Shown here: piece by piece, positions 51,148-61,558 of the stretch
Layout of the letters: each line of letters starts with the position of its first letter
Position numbering within the stretch: position 1 is the first letter of the stretch
DNA from: a virus
Strand: one strand, 5' to 3'
Virus record (IMG/VR): IMGVR_UViG_3300035698_006566
DNA length: 64,000 bases
Notes under the pieces: model-generated
Database searches by the model: none
What the model was told of the DNA's origin: nothing
The model's input: only the letters and a program-made list of their open reading frames with translations
Program-made: the position numbers and the translations under genes

Positions 51148-52901
51148 CTTACAGCCTTTGCTATTGTCGCTACAGGAAGAGCCATGGCTCCAACCGTGGT
51201 ACCTGGGTAACTAGCTATAAAATCACCTACCATACCCAAGTCTTTCCCTTCGTAGTCTCTTTTGTGACTCAAGTGGCTGGACAGAACATATGTTGCCGCC
51301 ACCGCCCCAATCGCTATTGGGATAACTCCTCCTAGAAGACCAGAGTGCTTGATGAACTGATCATCCAGCCCACCGCCGTACATAGCCTCCAGAATATTAG
51401 GGTCTTTATGTGCGGCCTCTTCTAGGTCTCCCCACTCCTGAGCCAGCTTAACCCTGTACCCATTGTACATGGAGGAGAGCTTGTCTAGTTCTGGAACACC
51501 ACCTACCTCAGTACGCCCGCCGGGCTTAGATACTGAGATGCGTATAGATACTATCCTACTTTCTAACGGTTTTTCAAACGCAGACCGTTCAGATACTAGA
51601 GAACTAAGTATGCGCTTTATGTACTCACCCACCCCAGGCGCGCGGCCCGTCATACCAGGGGCCTCCGTCACTCCATGTGGGCTACCTTTGAACACAGCAC
51701 CAGCCCTATCCATGTCATCAGCCATACCCTTGCGCCCATTACATACTAAAGCTATGCGTTGGAACTCATGAGGCTTGAGAACTATACCCCTAGAGGCTGT
51801 CTCTCCCAGAGCACCTGGAAGGCCAAGACGTGATAGTTGGTCTAAATTAGAGGATCCTATATCGGGCTCAGCTTCTGCTAATGCCTTAACAGTGTCCATG
51901 GTCTGCTTACGAATGTTAGTTGGGATCTCTTTGACGATCTCACTCAGCTTGCTCATACGGACAGCTTTAGCCATCTTGGTATGGAATGTGGGCACCACGT
52001 AAGAAGCAGTCTTATCAATACCAGTCTCGCTATCCGCGCGAGAGTAGCTATATTCTCCCAGATCGGCAGAACTCATGGGGTAACAACCCTTGCAATCCTC
52101 AGGCGGTCTGGTACAACTCACACATTGAGCGTTAGCCACCTTCATCATAACCTTGGCTATCTTATCCGCCCCAATAAACACAGGGCAAGAGATATCAAAG
52201 AACTTGGGGTGAAGGTTAAGGACATACACTTGACGCCCATCCGGCATGATCTTGTTCATGCTGTGCAACACCTCAGGGTCATAGTCAGCCCTGGTAATAG
52301 CTAACCCAGGTATAGGAGTCTTCTTATGCTCGGCCAGTATCTCTTTAGGGTCACGGTTTAGGTACTCCCGCCAATTGGGGCACCTAATCACGTTGATATC
52401 AAATGGAACCTTACACCCCATAGACACATCAACGGGTTCCCCATTATCTATCCGTTGCATATCTCCGCCCATCCCACGTTCATCTGCCTTCGCACGGTCT
52501 ATCTCTAATAGAAGCTCGATGCGGTACATAGCTGGGTTAGCTGCGGCGGCCAGGATACTACCATACCCCTGCTTGGGGTCCTTGTTCCTATGATGCCCAA
52601 ATACTGTGGCGGTATTGAATGTGTGGAAACCCCAACCGGGTCCAGTATAGAGAAGTGACTGCCACGGGAAGTAATCCCCGTTTCGGTTAGCTCCATAGAA
52701 CTCTCCAGCTCCCAACGCAATAACCAACACCCTTAACATCTTAGGGTTAGGTACTAACTTGTCTATTGCGGCTTGTATCTCAGGGAGTACGGAAGGGGAG
52801 GCGTGTTTTAACATACCTCGGCCTCCATAGTTTTGAATGGGATAAACTAACTGATTACCCCTTTCATCAACACCCTTAAACTGGCAGAGTTTAGTAATCA
52901 C
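51144..52901 (-). CDS. hypothetical head-morphogenesis protein (portal or prohead-protease candidate)
   Basis: 585 aa between the terminase and capsid genes; no firm motif. Confidence 0.35.
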   Translation of the reverse strand: MITKLCQFKGVDERGNQLVYPIQNYGGRGMLKHASPSVLPEIQAAIDKLVPNPKMLRVLVIALGAGEFYGANRNGDYFPWQSLLYTGPGWGFHTFNTATVFGHHRNKDPKQGYGSILAAAANPAMYRIELLLEIDRAKADERGMGGDMQRIDNGEPVDVSMGCKVPFDINVIRCPNWREYLNRDPKEILAEHKKTPIPGLAITRADYDPEVLHSMNKIMPDGRQVYVLNLHPKFFDISCPVFIGADKIAKVMMKVANAQCVSCTRPPEDCKGCYPMSSADLGEYSYSRADSETGIDKTASYVVPTFHTKMAKAVRMSKLSEIVKEIPTNIRKQTMDTVKALAEAEPDIGSSNLDQLSRLGLPGALGETASRGIVLKPHEFQRIALVCNGRKGMADDMDRAGAVFKGSPHGVTEAPGMTGRAPGVGEYIKRILSSLVSERSAFEKPLESRIVSIRISVSKPGGRTEVGGVPELDKLSSMYNGYRVKLAQEWGDLEEAAHKDPNILEAMYGGGLDDQFIKHSGLLGGVIPIAIGAVAATYVLSSHLSHKRDYEGKDLGMVGDFIASYPGTTVGAMALPVATIAKAVR

Positions 52902-52902
52902 G

Positions 52903-53628
52903 TTATAGACCTAGCAGTGCCCTTTCTTGGTCGGCTACATCAGGTTCGTATCTACCACTCAAACTAGAGATGTCCTTGACAGTACCTGGAGTGAGTGCTT
53001 TGAGTGCGGCACGGCCAGCGTTTGGCTTATCTTTGCGGGCACCCACGATACGGCTAACCACATCGTGCACAACCCCAGTATCAACACGGGGCGCAATCTG
53101 CTTAACAAAAGATGCCGCTACCAGCGGGTCTGATGCAAAGTCTGGGTTGAACTTCATGAGTGTGTCAAAGGTCTGCTTAACCCTCTTTTGGTCAATAGCC
53201 TCTGGGTCACCGAGCTCAGGCATAGTGTCCATCATGTTTTGGTAGTACTTCTCTTTCTTCAGACCATGAACAATGTCACCACTATTTGCGGCAACTTCGG
53301 ATGCTCCTTCAATAGCAGCTACTGCCGCCATAATTGGGAGAATCTGCTTGGTCCTGTAACCAAACACCTTACCGGCATGTTGGGACTCAACAGGGTCAGG
53401 ATTGGTAACCCCAACCTTGGGTGGCCCCTTTCTAAACATCTTGGACATAATGCCCGGACGTTTCTTTGGGGCCCTCTTTAATAGGTCCATAACTCCGGCA
53501 TGTTTGGACAAGGCATGCTGCCTGTTATCCTCATTCATAGCCGAAGCTTCCATGGTGTGCGCCAGCTTCAACAACTGGGAACTGTCCATGTTATCTAATG
53601 CACCTTTGAATTCGTTTAATACGCTCAT
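52903..53628 (-). CDS. hypothetical protein; C-terminal domain duplicated in ORF 18269..18526
   Basis: ORF track 241 aa. Confidence 0.45.
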   Translation of the reverse strand: MSVLNEFKGALDNMDSSQLLKLAHTMEASAMNEDNRQHALSKHAGVMDLLKRAPKKRPGIMSKMFRKGPPKVGVTNPDPVESQHAGKVFGYRTKQILPIMAAVAAIEGASEVAANSGDIVHGLKKEKYYQNMMDTMPELGDPEAIDQKRVKQTFDTLMKFNPDFASDPLVAASFVKQIAPRVDTGVVHDVVSRIVGARKDKPNAGRAALKALTPGTVKDISSLSGRYEPDVADQERALLGL

Positions 53629-54572
53629 GAAAGCATCTCCTTCCTGACCTTTGTAGCATTCTCGGTAGCTACATCCCTAAATGCTTCCATATCCTGTAGG
53701 GCGGAAGCCATCTTGATGAATGTACGGAACTCTACCACGAGTGGGTGGTCAGTGTCTGGGATTCTATGAGCAGCGGTCTTGGCAAGCCCTGGTATGATAT
53801 CAGCAGTAGATACCGCACCTTCTTTTACCAACCTGTCTGAGAACGCGGAGATGACATCTTTTACATCATCTGGATTGTGTGAGTAGGACAGCGCATCCAC
53901 TACCTCACCCAATGCGTACCCTGATAGGCAAGCTTGCTTGAGCTGCTTATACAGTGCGTCGGCAGATACATCAAACCCTGTGCGGAGTCCTGCTACCTTA
54001 GACCTAGCATGTGCAGCTATGTCCTCCAGTTGCATTCTCAAGTCATTGAGGTCATCAATAGGGTTAGCGTGCTGGTTTACTTCAGCCACAGCATCTTCGA
54101 ATGAAGCTGTTTTCCAAATGCGCTCCCGCACCTGAACTCCACTAGTGTCCTCTACCCCAAAGGCTCTGGCTAGTTCAGCGTCAGCCCTGGCCACCTTGAT
54201 CTCTTTGCCCGGCTCTACATTGAAGTAGTGGTTCATAGCTGGGGAATCGGAGGCGGGCTCGGTAGAGCCTAGAGTTGAGATTACTGAATCTGAATTTGCC
54301 AAGGGGTACTCAATAGATTGGCTAGCTTGCTTCCTGTTCTGGAATAGGCTGGCGTGGGTTTGGTTGTTGGCGCTCTCACAAACTCTGCGGACATGCTCGG
54401 CTGTGAGGTCCTTATCCGCTTCTTTGATGAGACGGCTAACCGCTGTGGTCAGTGTCTCTTTGCCACCACCCTGGATATACGCGGCAGATGCCCGTTTCCC
54501 TAGGAATTCCAAGGTCTCTCTATCAATAGAAGGCGGCGAAGTCTCAATTAGTACTTCTGCTAGTTTATTCAT
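53625..54572 (-). CDS. hypothetical protein
   Basis: ORF track 315 aa. Confidence 0.45.
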   Translation of the reverse strand: MNKLAEVLIETSPPSIDRETLEFLGKRASAAYIQGGGKETLTTAVSRLIKEADKDLTAEHVRRVCESANNQTHASLFQNRKQASQSIEYPLANSDSVISTLGSTEPASDSPAMNHYFNVEPGKEIKVARADAELARAFGVEDTSGVQVRERIWKTASFEDAVAEVNQHANPIDDLNDLRMQLEDIAAHARSKVAGLRTGFDVSADALYKQLKQACLSGYALGEVVDALSYSHNPDDVKDVISAFSDRLVKEGAVSTADIIPGLAKTAAHRIPDTDHPLVVEFRTFIKMASALQDMEAFRDVATENATKVRKEMLS

Positions 54573-54648
54573 TGTAATCCTCTCCGGAATGGCCTACCCA
54601 AATGGTCGCAAATACTGGATATATAAGTCAATATGAATCCCCCACTTT

Positions 54649-55314
54649 ATGATGTCAGTATGCTATCATACGGGCATGAACACGTTAACAAAGGCAGAAG
54701 CAGCTAGTCTTATAGGCATTTCACCTAGACAGGTTGACCGATTGATATCAGAGGGGTTGCTAACCAAATACTCACGGCAAAACCGAGTGTACCTGGACGC
54801 TGTGGAGGTTTCTGAGTTCAAAACCATTCGTGAGGATGCCTCTGCGTTAGTTTCTAGAAAAACGATAATCAACCTGAGCACAAGAGTAACACATTTAGAG
54901 CGCCAAGTGGAGCTACTCAAAAAGTTAGCAGGGGCTGAGAGTGGGGCAGCTAGGTTTGATCTAGTCACGGGCCCCAACTTTATAGCAGCGTGCACCCACC
55001 TTATGAAGAACCCTGTATCTAGTACGGATGTAACCGAGTGGGTGAATAGGCTGGCCCCATTTACAGATACAACATTTATGGATCTGGAGGAGTTGACTCC
55101 TGGTAACCCCGGATTGGTGTGGAACGCCGTGTTACAGGTGGTTAACAAGTTAATAGATATTTGCAAAGACTCAGAAGAATTAGCGCACTTATTGCCTCCA
55201 GTGGAGGGGTGTAGACTAAAAGTACAAAGATCTGTGTATGAAAGAAGCAAACTACACTTCCCCCAGGCCCCCAAGTCCAATCTATCCTCCTTGCTAAAGA
55301 GCTCCCCTAAGTAA
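54649..55314 (+). CDS. HTH (MerR/excisionase-like) DNA-binding protein
   Basis: LTKAEAASLIGISPRQVDRLISEGLL. Confidence 0.45.
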   Translation: MMSVCYHTGMNTLTKAEAASLIGISPRQVDRLISEGLLTKYSRQNRVYLDAVEVSEFKTIREDASALVSRKTIINLSTRVTHLERQVELLKKLAGAESGAARFDLVTGPNFIAACTHLMKNPVSSTDVTEWVNRLAPFTDTTFMDLEELTPGNPGLVWNAVLQVVNKLIDICKDSEELAHLLPPVEGCRLKVQRSVYERSKLHFPQAPKSNLSSLLKSSPK

Positions 55315-55327
55315 TTCTGTTATAAGA

Positions 55328-55600
55328 GTGTTGAGGAAGAGGTTGATATATTCAAGTGTTCCACCTGGAGAAAGCTACATGGGCTTGTTTGCATCGAGAG
55401 AAGACCAAGACAGAGGTAAGGTAAGGCGGTTCGTGGGTCGCGTCACGGGCTATATGAGAGAAGTCCGCCCAACCACCCGGTTAAAGGGAGGTCTAGGAGC
55501 GGTAGCGGTGGCATCAGTAACCATGTTTGCAGAGCGGAAATGGTTCTCCAAGAACCGTGCATTAGGTCAACGGCCTTGGAATAACCCGTACAGACGGTAA
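55328..55600 (+). CDS. hypothetical basic protein
   Basis: ORF track 90 aa. Confidence 0.35.
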   Translation: MLRKRLIYSSVPPGESYMGLFASREDQDRGKVRRFVGRVTGYMREVRPTTRLKGGLGAVAVASVTMFAERKWFSKNRALGQRPWNNPYRR

Positions 55601-55611
55601 TTACATTGAGG

Positions 55612-55640
55612 AGGGGGGACAGGGCCACCCCCCTTTCTCT
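55612..55640 (+). terminator. GC-rich hairpin terminator (GGGGGG-ACAGGGCCA-CCCCCC-TTTCTCTT)
   Basis: between convergent genes. Confidence 0.4.
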
Positions 55641-57427
55641 TAGCTACGTCTCTCCCCTTTGTTCTGGGTAGCAAACACATCCGGCCTATGATACAGGATA
55701 CTAGATACTGTGAAACAATAGAGTATTGAGTGAAAACTATCATCAGGGCAATCGGGCAAGTGATTGTACTCACTAGTCCTGCTCTTCTCATTGTACTCAC
55801 TGAAAATGTTCAGCATATCCATGGCGAACGGTTCTTGGAACTCTTCCCACTTAGGGAACCGAAATACGTCACCTCTCTTGATGGCCTGGAATATATCGGT
55901 CATTACCTCATTACGGTTAACCATCCATCTGCCCAAACCTGGATCCATCTTGAACTTGGATGCCACATTGGTGTACTGCATCTTGTGAATGCGCTGAACT
56001 CCGTATAAACGGCTAAGGTCATCGTTCTGCCAGAAGCCGCCACCATAGTCACACCCCACCAACCTAACGTTCCAGGCGGATAGTAACCTCTTGATCTTCT
56101 CTATCTGAACTTGCGGTTCAGCATCCGGACCATCAAACCTATGGATGTAGAAAATGGTGAAACGGCCCTCTAAGTATGCACCCAAGGTCATTACCGTGTA
56201 AGATCTTTCAGCAGTACCCCAGTCGATCCCGGCAAACACATCCTTCCCCCTCAACTTCCTCATGATCTTTACCTGGAAGTCTTTACCCATGGAGATACGA
56301 GGGTCACAGTTCTGAGCCACATCCTCCCTGGTCAGAGGGCGCGCACCCGAGTCATAACTAAGCCCCAATACCTCATTGTGAAACTGAGACTGTGGGTATG
56401 TAATGAACTTGGTCCAGATCTCTTCCCATTTCAACCATGGCACGATGAGCTGGGGGATACGGTAGCCTTTGAATGGATCGGGCACTGTCTTACCTCCAAT
56501 ACGGGGACTAGGGTTCATAGAAGCCCAACAAGCGTCGGGATGGTCTGGTATCAAGGGGGCTCCACATCTATCACAGATGAGCCCATCCGGAGAGATATTG
56601 TTCATCCCCAATATATTCCAGTAACGTCCAGCCCCGCCTTTTATCTTAGATCCACAATGATCACAAGGTACAACCCACTCATTCTGAGTAGACATATTGG
56701 TCCAGTAATACTCGATAGTATTGTCCAGAGTCTTGGGGGTACCGGAGTACGAGAAGATCTTGAAGTCGGAGTGGGAGGCACATTCCTCGATAACAGGGAT
56801 GTTGTCGGTTAGAATGTCCTGGACCTCATCAATCATAACCATGTCGGTGGCAATGCCACGAACACGGTCAGCGTTCAGGAATGCGTACTTAAGCATGATC
56901 TTGGATTTGTTTACAAACTGCTTTTCGTAGATGTTGTCTCGAATACCCTTCTCGGTAACCCATGTCTGGAGGTACTCCGACATATCAATAGGGTCTTTGA
57001 TCCTATCCCTGGAGAACCTCTTAGTCTGGGTATTGGTCGGGGATACAAACAACACGTTGAAACCACTGATCATTGCGGCGTAGGTAATAGCGAGATTGCC
57101 TAACCTAGTGCTCTTCTCAGTTTGGCGCGCGCACTTAGACAACACCCTCTTTGATGACTCATCATAGATCTGTGGTAGATACAGACGGCCAGCAAATGAG
57201 AATGGGACCATCTTGTTGTTCTTCTTGTCCGGGAGCCTGAAGGCAAACCGGGTAAAGTCTGAAGGGGTCACCGCTATTCGGTCCTCTACAGGTATCTCCA
57301 CATACTCCTCAGGTTCCTTGGTCTTATTGGACGACGTGTATATCTGGGGGGTCTGAGCCTCTTGGTGTTCAGCCCAAAAACTACCCGCCGGAGGGGTGCC
57401 ATTAGAAGGAAGATCTTTGACTGCCAT
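55640..57427 (-). CDS. terL: terminase large subunit
   Basis: ARQTEKST (RQxGK[ST]-like Walker A with E in place of G), ADRVRG...VMIDEVQD Walker B, SGTPKT motif III; matches T4 gp17 ATPase motifs. Confidence 0.7.
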   Translation of the reverse strand: MAVKDLPSNGTPPAGSFWAEHQEAQTPQIYTSSNKTKEPEEYVEIPVEDRIAVTPSDFTRFAFRLPDKKNNKMVPFSFAGRLYLPQIYDESSKRVLSKCARQTEKSTRLGNLAITYAAMISGFNVLFVSPTNTQTKRFSRDRIKDPIDMSEYLQTWVTEKGIRDNIYEKQFVNKSKIMLKYAFLNADRVRGIATDMVMIDEVQDILTDNIPVIEECASHSDFKIFSYSGTPKTLDNTIEYYWTNMSTQNEWVVPCDHCGSKIKGGAGRYWNILGMNNISPDGLICDRCGAPLIPDHPDACWASMNPSPRIGGKTVPDPFKGYRIPQLIVPWLKWEEIWTKFITYPQSQFHNEVLGLSYDSGARPLTREDVAQNCDPRISMGKDFQVKIMRKLRGKDVFAGIDWGTAERSYTVMTLGAYLEGRFTIFYIHRFDGPDAEPQVQIEKIKRLLSAWNVRLVGCDYGGGFWQNDDLSRLYGVQRIHKMQYTNVASKFKMDPGLGRWMVNRNEVMTDIFQAIKRGDVFRFPKWEEFQEPFAMDMLNIFSEYNEKSRTSEYNHLPDCPDDSFHSILYCFTVSSILYHRPDVFATQNKGERRS

Positions 57428-57523
57428 AACTTACACGGCCTCCTGAGTCAGATTGTGATGGCATTATTATATCACACTAGTTTTTACGCCATAAGTCCTC
57501 TAATCGAATTAGGGGAGTTAGAA

Positions 57524-57721
57524 ATGTCATTCAAGTGCTACCTGAGATACGAATCAGAGGATAGTCTGGTAGACTGTGAGGGTTGCCCGTCCTTAAACCA
57601 GTGTTCTGAAATGGCTATGCAGTCTCAACACATGCAGTCAATAGCGAGGGAAGATGAACGACCAGAGCCTAGAGTGGATCACCTTGATGATGGAGAGTTT
57701 GCGGAGGGGGACTGGGGATAA
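57524..57721 (+). CDS. small Cys-containing protein (65 aa)
   Basis: ATG after GGGGAG; CEGCP...C. Confidence 0.3.
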   Translation: MSFKCYLRYESEDSLVDCEGCPSLNQCSEMAMQSQHMQSIAREDERPEPRVDHLDDGEFAEGDWG

Positions 57722-57968
57722 ACTACCCTACTATGTCTACAACCAGACAGACCCCCTTACCAAGGTGGTGGCGATAGTTGATGTTGCCAATTACAACAAG
57801 CAGCAAAAGTACTCGATCCAGTCTATAATACATGGCTTCGCTGAGGCTAACGAATGTGTGGCCTTCTCTATTAAGTTCCCTAAGGTCAGGGTTAGGAGAG
57901 GGATAACAATCGAATTGAAACTAAAACGGAGAGTGAACTTTAGTAACCAGTCACCGTTTGAGGAGTGA
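57654..57968 (+). CDS. hypothetical protein (start uncertain)
   Basis: ORF track 104 aa; overlaps previous ORF in another frame. Confidence 0.3.
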   Translation: MNDQSLEWITLMMESLRRGTGDKLPYYVYNQTDPLTKVVAIVDVANYNKQQKYSIQSIIHGFAEANECVAFSIKFPKVRVRRGITIELKLKRRVNFSNQSPFEE

Positions 57969-58663
57969 GAATGGACAGATTCAGAATCAAAGGGTCATCC
58001 GCCCTACCGCAAGACGCAACCCAAATGTGGTTCTCATCAGACCTGCACCTAGGCCATGGGAACATCATCCAGTACTGTCAGAGGGTAAACCCGCATAAGC
58101 GGGGGTTAGTTGGGCCCCCGGAGGATAGGTTATTCCAGTCCCCCGATGAGATGGACAGAGAGTTGATAGATACCTGGAACTCATGGGTTGGAGAGGAGGA
58201 CCTCGTATTCCACTTAGGTGACTTCACTATGAAGGGTATCTTAGCGGCATTGGACTACCTAGACAAGCTAAACGGCAGGTGGGTATTCCTGAGTGGCAAT
58301 CATGACTACTGGATGAGAGAGATGCGTAGCAATAAGGTGGTGGCACACGACGCTACAGAGAAGGTACTGCTCATCCGAGATTACCTGGAGTTAAAGGTGT
58401 TTGACGAAGAGATGGGGGAGGGCCACTGGCAGAAGCTAGTCATGTTCCATTACCCCATAGCTTCCTGGAATAGTAAGTTCAAGGGATCCTGGCACCTCTA
58501 CGGTCATGAACACGGCACCCGGGACCCCTGGACTACCACGGCTATGGATGTGGGGGTTGATACTAATGAGTACAAACCCTACTCGTACCTGGACATAAAG
58601 ACTGCGTTTACCCGCCAACACATAGAGGTTAAGGATAGCTCCTTACTTCCGAGGGAGTGGTAA
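57965..58663 (+). CDS. calcineurin-like metallophosphoesterase
   Basis: SDLHLGH, HLGDF, GNHD, GHEH motifs. Confidence 0.7.
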   Translation: MRMDRFRIKGSSALPQDATQMWFSSDLHLGHGNIIQYCQRVNPHKRGLVGPPEDRLFQSPDEMDRELIDTWNSWVGEEDLVFHLGDFTMKGILAALDYLDKLNGRWVFLSGNHDYWMREMRSNKVVAHDATEKVLLIRDYLELKVFDEEMGEGHWQKLVMFHYPIASWNSKFKGSWHLYGHEHGTRDPWTTTAMDVGVDTNEYKPYSYLDIKTAFTRQHIEVKDSSLLPREW

Positions 58664-58664
58664 C

Positions 58665-59789
58665 ATGGGAGCCAACAACCCAGAGTGGGAGATCCCGTTG
58701 GGGACCCATGTCAAATTACTAAAGGTATCTGAAGATGCCTCCAGAGAGAACAACTACAGCTTCCCACCCGGATCTATCGGAGAGGTCAAGGGCCGCGTTA
58801 ACGGGCAACAAGGTGAGTTCTACCAAGTAGAGATGAGCAGTGGGCTTACTGTAGATGTACTCAAGGAAGACCTACAGATAGCTAAGTTAGAAGGTATATT
58901 ACCCGCCCCTAAGCATGACTGGGATCTGTACAGTAATAGGGTGGTACTAGAGTATGAGTCTGGGTCTGCCTCCCAGGGACTTAAGATGGAGGGGTCGGAC
59001 ACTGACATCAGAGGAGTGTTTACTGCACCACCTGAAGACTTCTGGACGTTGGGAGGGGCTATAACCCAGCCTATATCAATGATGGATGGGGACAAGGACA
59101 TAGCGTTCTACGAGTTACTCCACTCTATCAAGTTACTGCTAAAGAACAACCCGCAGCTACTTGAGATGCTATGGATCCCCGACAGGGTGGTTGTCCGCAA
59201 AACTTGGGTGTGGGAAAGGATAGAGAACATACGGGAAAGCTTCCTGTCCAAACGTATCTTTGCCTCTTGTGGTGGGTATGCTATTGATCAGATGAAGCGG
59301 CTAGTCCGGGATATCAACGCTGGGGGTGAGGGTCAGCAGAGGTGGGTGTTAAGAACCCCTGACTCCATTAGCAAGAGGACTGGGGTACATATCAATGTAC
59401 AAGGAGCCAAGCCTGAAGACATCGACGAGATGGTGAGAGAGGGTATCATAAATATAAGGTGGAAGCACATGACCCACCTGTTCAGACTACTCTTCACCGG
59501 TCACCACGCTGTCAAAACAGGCGAGTTCCAAATAGACATGACGGAGATACCCTGCCCCCTCCCAGGATTCTCTCACGAAGCGGCCTCAGAGTTCTTGCTC
59601 AGGATCAAAAGAGGAGAGCATTCCCTAACGTATCTGTTGGGACATGTACCGTCTATCACTAACATGATGAACACGGCGTATGAGACAACGGAGTTACCTG
59701 ATCAGCCAGATCTAGAGGTGGTTAGTAAGGAGTACTTCGGTATCAGGCAGGATCAATACTATATGAATAACAGCACGTTATGCTTGTAG
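58665..59789 (+). CDS. Pol-beta-superfamily nucleotidyltransferase domain protein
   Basis: GSASQGLKMEGSDTDIRGVF (GS-x9-SDxD) signature. Confidence 0.5.
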   Translation: MGANNPEWEIPLGTHVKLLKVSEDASRENNYSFPPGSIGEVKGRVNGQQGEFYQVEMSSGLTVDVLKEDLQIAKLEGILPAPKHDWDLYSNRVVLEYESGSASQGLKMEGSDTDIRGVFTAPPEDFWTLGGAITQPISMMDGDKDIAFYELLHSIKLLLKNNPQLLEMLWIPDRVVVRKTWVWERIENIRESFLSKRIFASCGGYAIDQMKRLVRDINAGGEGQQRWVLRTPDSISKRTGVHINVQGAKPEDIDEMVREGIINIRWKHMTHLFRLLFTGHHAVKTGEFQIDMTEIPCPLPGFSHEAASEFLLRIKRGEHSLTYLLGHVPSITNMMNTAYETTELPDQPDLEVVSKEYFGIRQDQYYMNNSTLCL

Positions 59790-60400
59790 CTGGTGTCGAT
59801 GAGGTGGGCCTAGGTTGTTTAGCCGGGCCCTTGGTTACTTGTGCCGTGATCGCCAGTGGAGCTGGCAGCGACGCTATGAGGCTAGAACGGGATATCAGGG
59901 ACTCTAAGAGGGTCAGCCCGGGTAACCGAGTTAAGGTAGTACCCCGTATCCTAGAGCTGGCCCTCAGCGTAGGGGTGGGGTTTGTATCACCTCTCACCAT
60001 AGACAGGGAAGGGGTTAGTAGAGCGTGGGATATGGCTATGATGTTGGCTATCAAGTCTCTGGACGTCACCCCAGACATGATACAAGTAGATGGGGACCGG
60101 AAGATCAAGGGGTGGTTGGGCAACCAAGTCACCATAATTAAAGGAGACACAAAGGTTCCGAAGATAAGTGCGGCATCTATCGTGGCTAAGACCCTGAGGG
60201 ATAACCTGATGGAGAAGCTACATATTACGTACCCTGGGTATGGGTGGGATACCAACAAAGGGTACGGTACCCAGTTTCACAGGGATATGATTGCAAAGTT
60301 GGGGCCTACGCCATTTCACAGAGGTTCCTACCGCATGGGCGGGAACCAAGATGAGTTGGTTCGGGTCATCAACGAGTTACGGGAAGAGTTATTCTCGTAA
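59780..60400 (+). CDS. rnhB: ribonuclease HII
   Basis: AGVDEVGLGCLAGPLV...DSKRVS...ASIVAKTLRD...YPGYGWDTNKGYGT..H signatures. Confidence 0.85.
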   Translation: MLVAGVDEVGLGCLAGPLVTCAVIASGAGSDAMRLERDIRDSKRVSPGNRVKVVPRILELALSVGVGFVSPLTIDREGVSRAWDMAMMLAIKSLDVTPDMIQVDGDRKIKGWLGNQVTIIKGDTKVPKISAASIVAKTLRDNLMEKLHITYPGYGWDTNKGYGTQFHRDMIAKLGPTPFHRGSYRMGGNQDELVRVINELREELFS

Positions 60401-60402
60401 AT

Positions 60403-60425
60403 GAAGGGGGCAACCCCTTCTTTTT
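60403..60425 (+). terminator. rho-independent terminator (GAAGGGGG-CAA-CCCCTTC-T5)
   Basis: hairpin plus TTTTT then AGCTA. Confidence 0.55.
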
Positions 60426-61056
60426 AGCTAGTAAACCCTAAAGACCTAGCGGGCCTACCCTTCAGTTTGCGGGCAAGCATCTGCTCTATTGGTAGTTTAC
60501 CTTCCCTACGCATCTGATCAGTTACAGGGGTCCCAGACTTACCTGATATATCCTTGGCCGCCCTAGCCAATACGTCTTTATTCAGCTTAGCCTGTGGGAT
60601 CTTTAACACCTTGTTCAGCTTACCTTTGGCAATGCCGTACCCTAAAGCAGCCTCCGTCATGAGTGGGGAGGGTATTAAGGGGATCAATGATGCTTCTGGA
60701 GAGGACTTAGCCACATTAACCATCTGTCCTCTACTCCATCTCAGAGCTTTCTCAATCCATTTCTGCCTAGGTTTTCCTAACTGCTGTAAAGCACCACTTA
60801 CAACCTTCTTACCCACGTCATGAACTAGGCCTTCATACATTCCTTTGGTCACTGTATTGGCTAAGGCATCCCTAGTTTTAGATCGGATAGAGGTCTCCAT
60901 GCCTTTCAGCTCCCCAGAGCTTCGTACCTTCTGGATCAACTTCGGCGTCACCTGACCCCGGAACTTAACAGGAGTAGATCCTATACGGGCCAGTCTGGCC
61001 AGCAAAGCCTCCTTGATCAAGTCAGACTCTTGGAGAAATGTACTTTCTACCGTCAT
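60424..61056 (-). CDS. hypothetical basic protein
   Basis: ORF track 210 aa. Confidence 0.45.
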   Translation of the reverse strand: MTVESTFLQESDLIKEALLARLARIGSTPVKFRGQVTPKLIQKVRSSGELKGMETSIRSKTRDALANTVTKGMYEGLVHDVGKKVVSGALQQLGKPRQKWIEKALRWSRGQMVNVAKSSPEASLIPLIPSPLMTEAALGYGIAKGKLNKVLKIPQAKLNKDVLARAAKDISGKSGTPVTDQMRREGKLPIEQMLARKLKGRPARSLGFTS

Positions 61057-61061
61057 GGTCG

Positions 61062-61556
61062 TTACCTACCTTTACGCATCAGAATCTTTGCAGCGTCCTT
61101 GAGACCTTTAGACTTGTATAGTGCGTCACCCACTCGTCCACCGACAGCCCTAGTACCTTTGGCCTTGGCCATAGCTTTATCATGCATTTTCAACCCTTTA
61201 CGTGCTCCTAGGTATCCGCCCGCACCAAACCCTATATTTGCACCGAAGTTAGCCCCCTGATGTGCACTGGAGATGTTCTTAGGTCCGGTTTCTCCACCTA
61301 TGACCATACCTGCTAGGGAGCCTACTCTCTCACCGGTACCAGCTCCAAGCATGCCCATACCTATTACACGTCCAGCTTGACCTTTAGCTGTCTTTAGCTC
61401 TTTGGCCCTTTGCCCAATGACATGCTTCTTGGCCTTACCTCCGCCATAAAAAGCAGCCCCTCCAGCGGCAGCCCCACTCCCGGCTACGGCAACATTCTTC
61501 TTCTTCTTCTTCTTGTCCCCTTCAGCCGCTTTTAATAGTGTGCTAGCTTTAATCAT
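61062..61556 (-). CDS. MIKLSSL-family Gly-rich protein, tandem paralog B
   Basis: MIKASTLLKAAEGD...; C-terminus GTRAVGGRVGDALYKSKGLKDAAKILMRKGR nearly identical to the upstream paralog. Confidence 0.55.
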   Translation of the reverse strand: MIKASTLLKAAEGDKKKKKKNVAVAGSGAAAGGAAFYGGGKAKKHVIGQRAKELKTAKGQAGRVIGMGMLGAGTGERVGSLAGMVIGGETGPKNISSAHQGANFGANIGFGAGGYLGARKGLKMHDKAMAKAKGTRAVGGRVGDALYKSKGLKDAAKILMRKGR

Positions 61557-61558
61557 GA

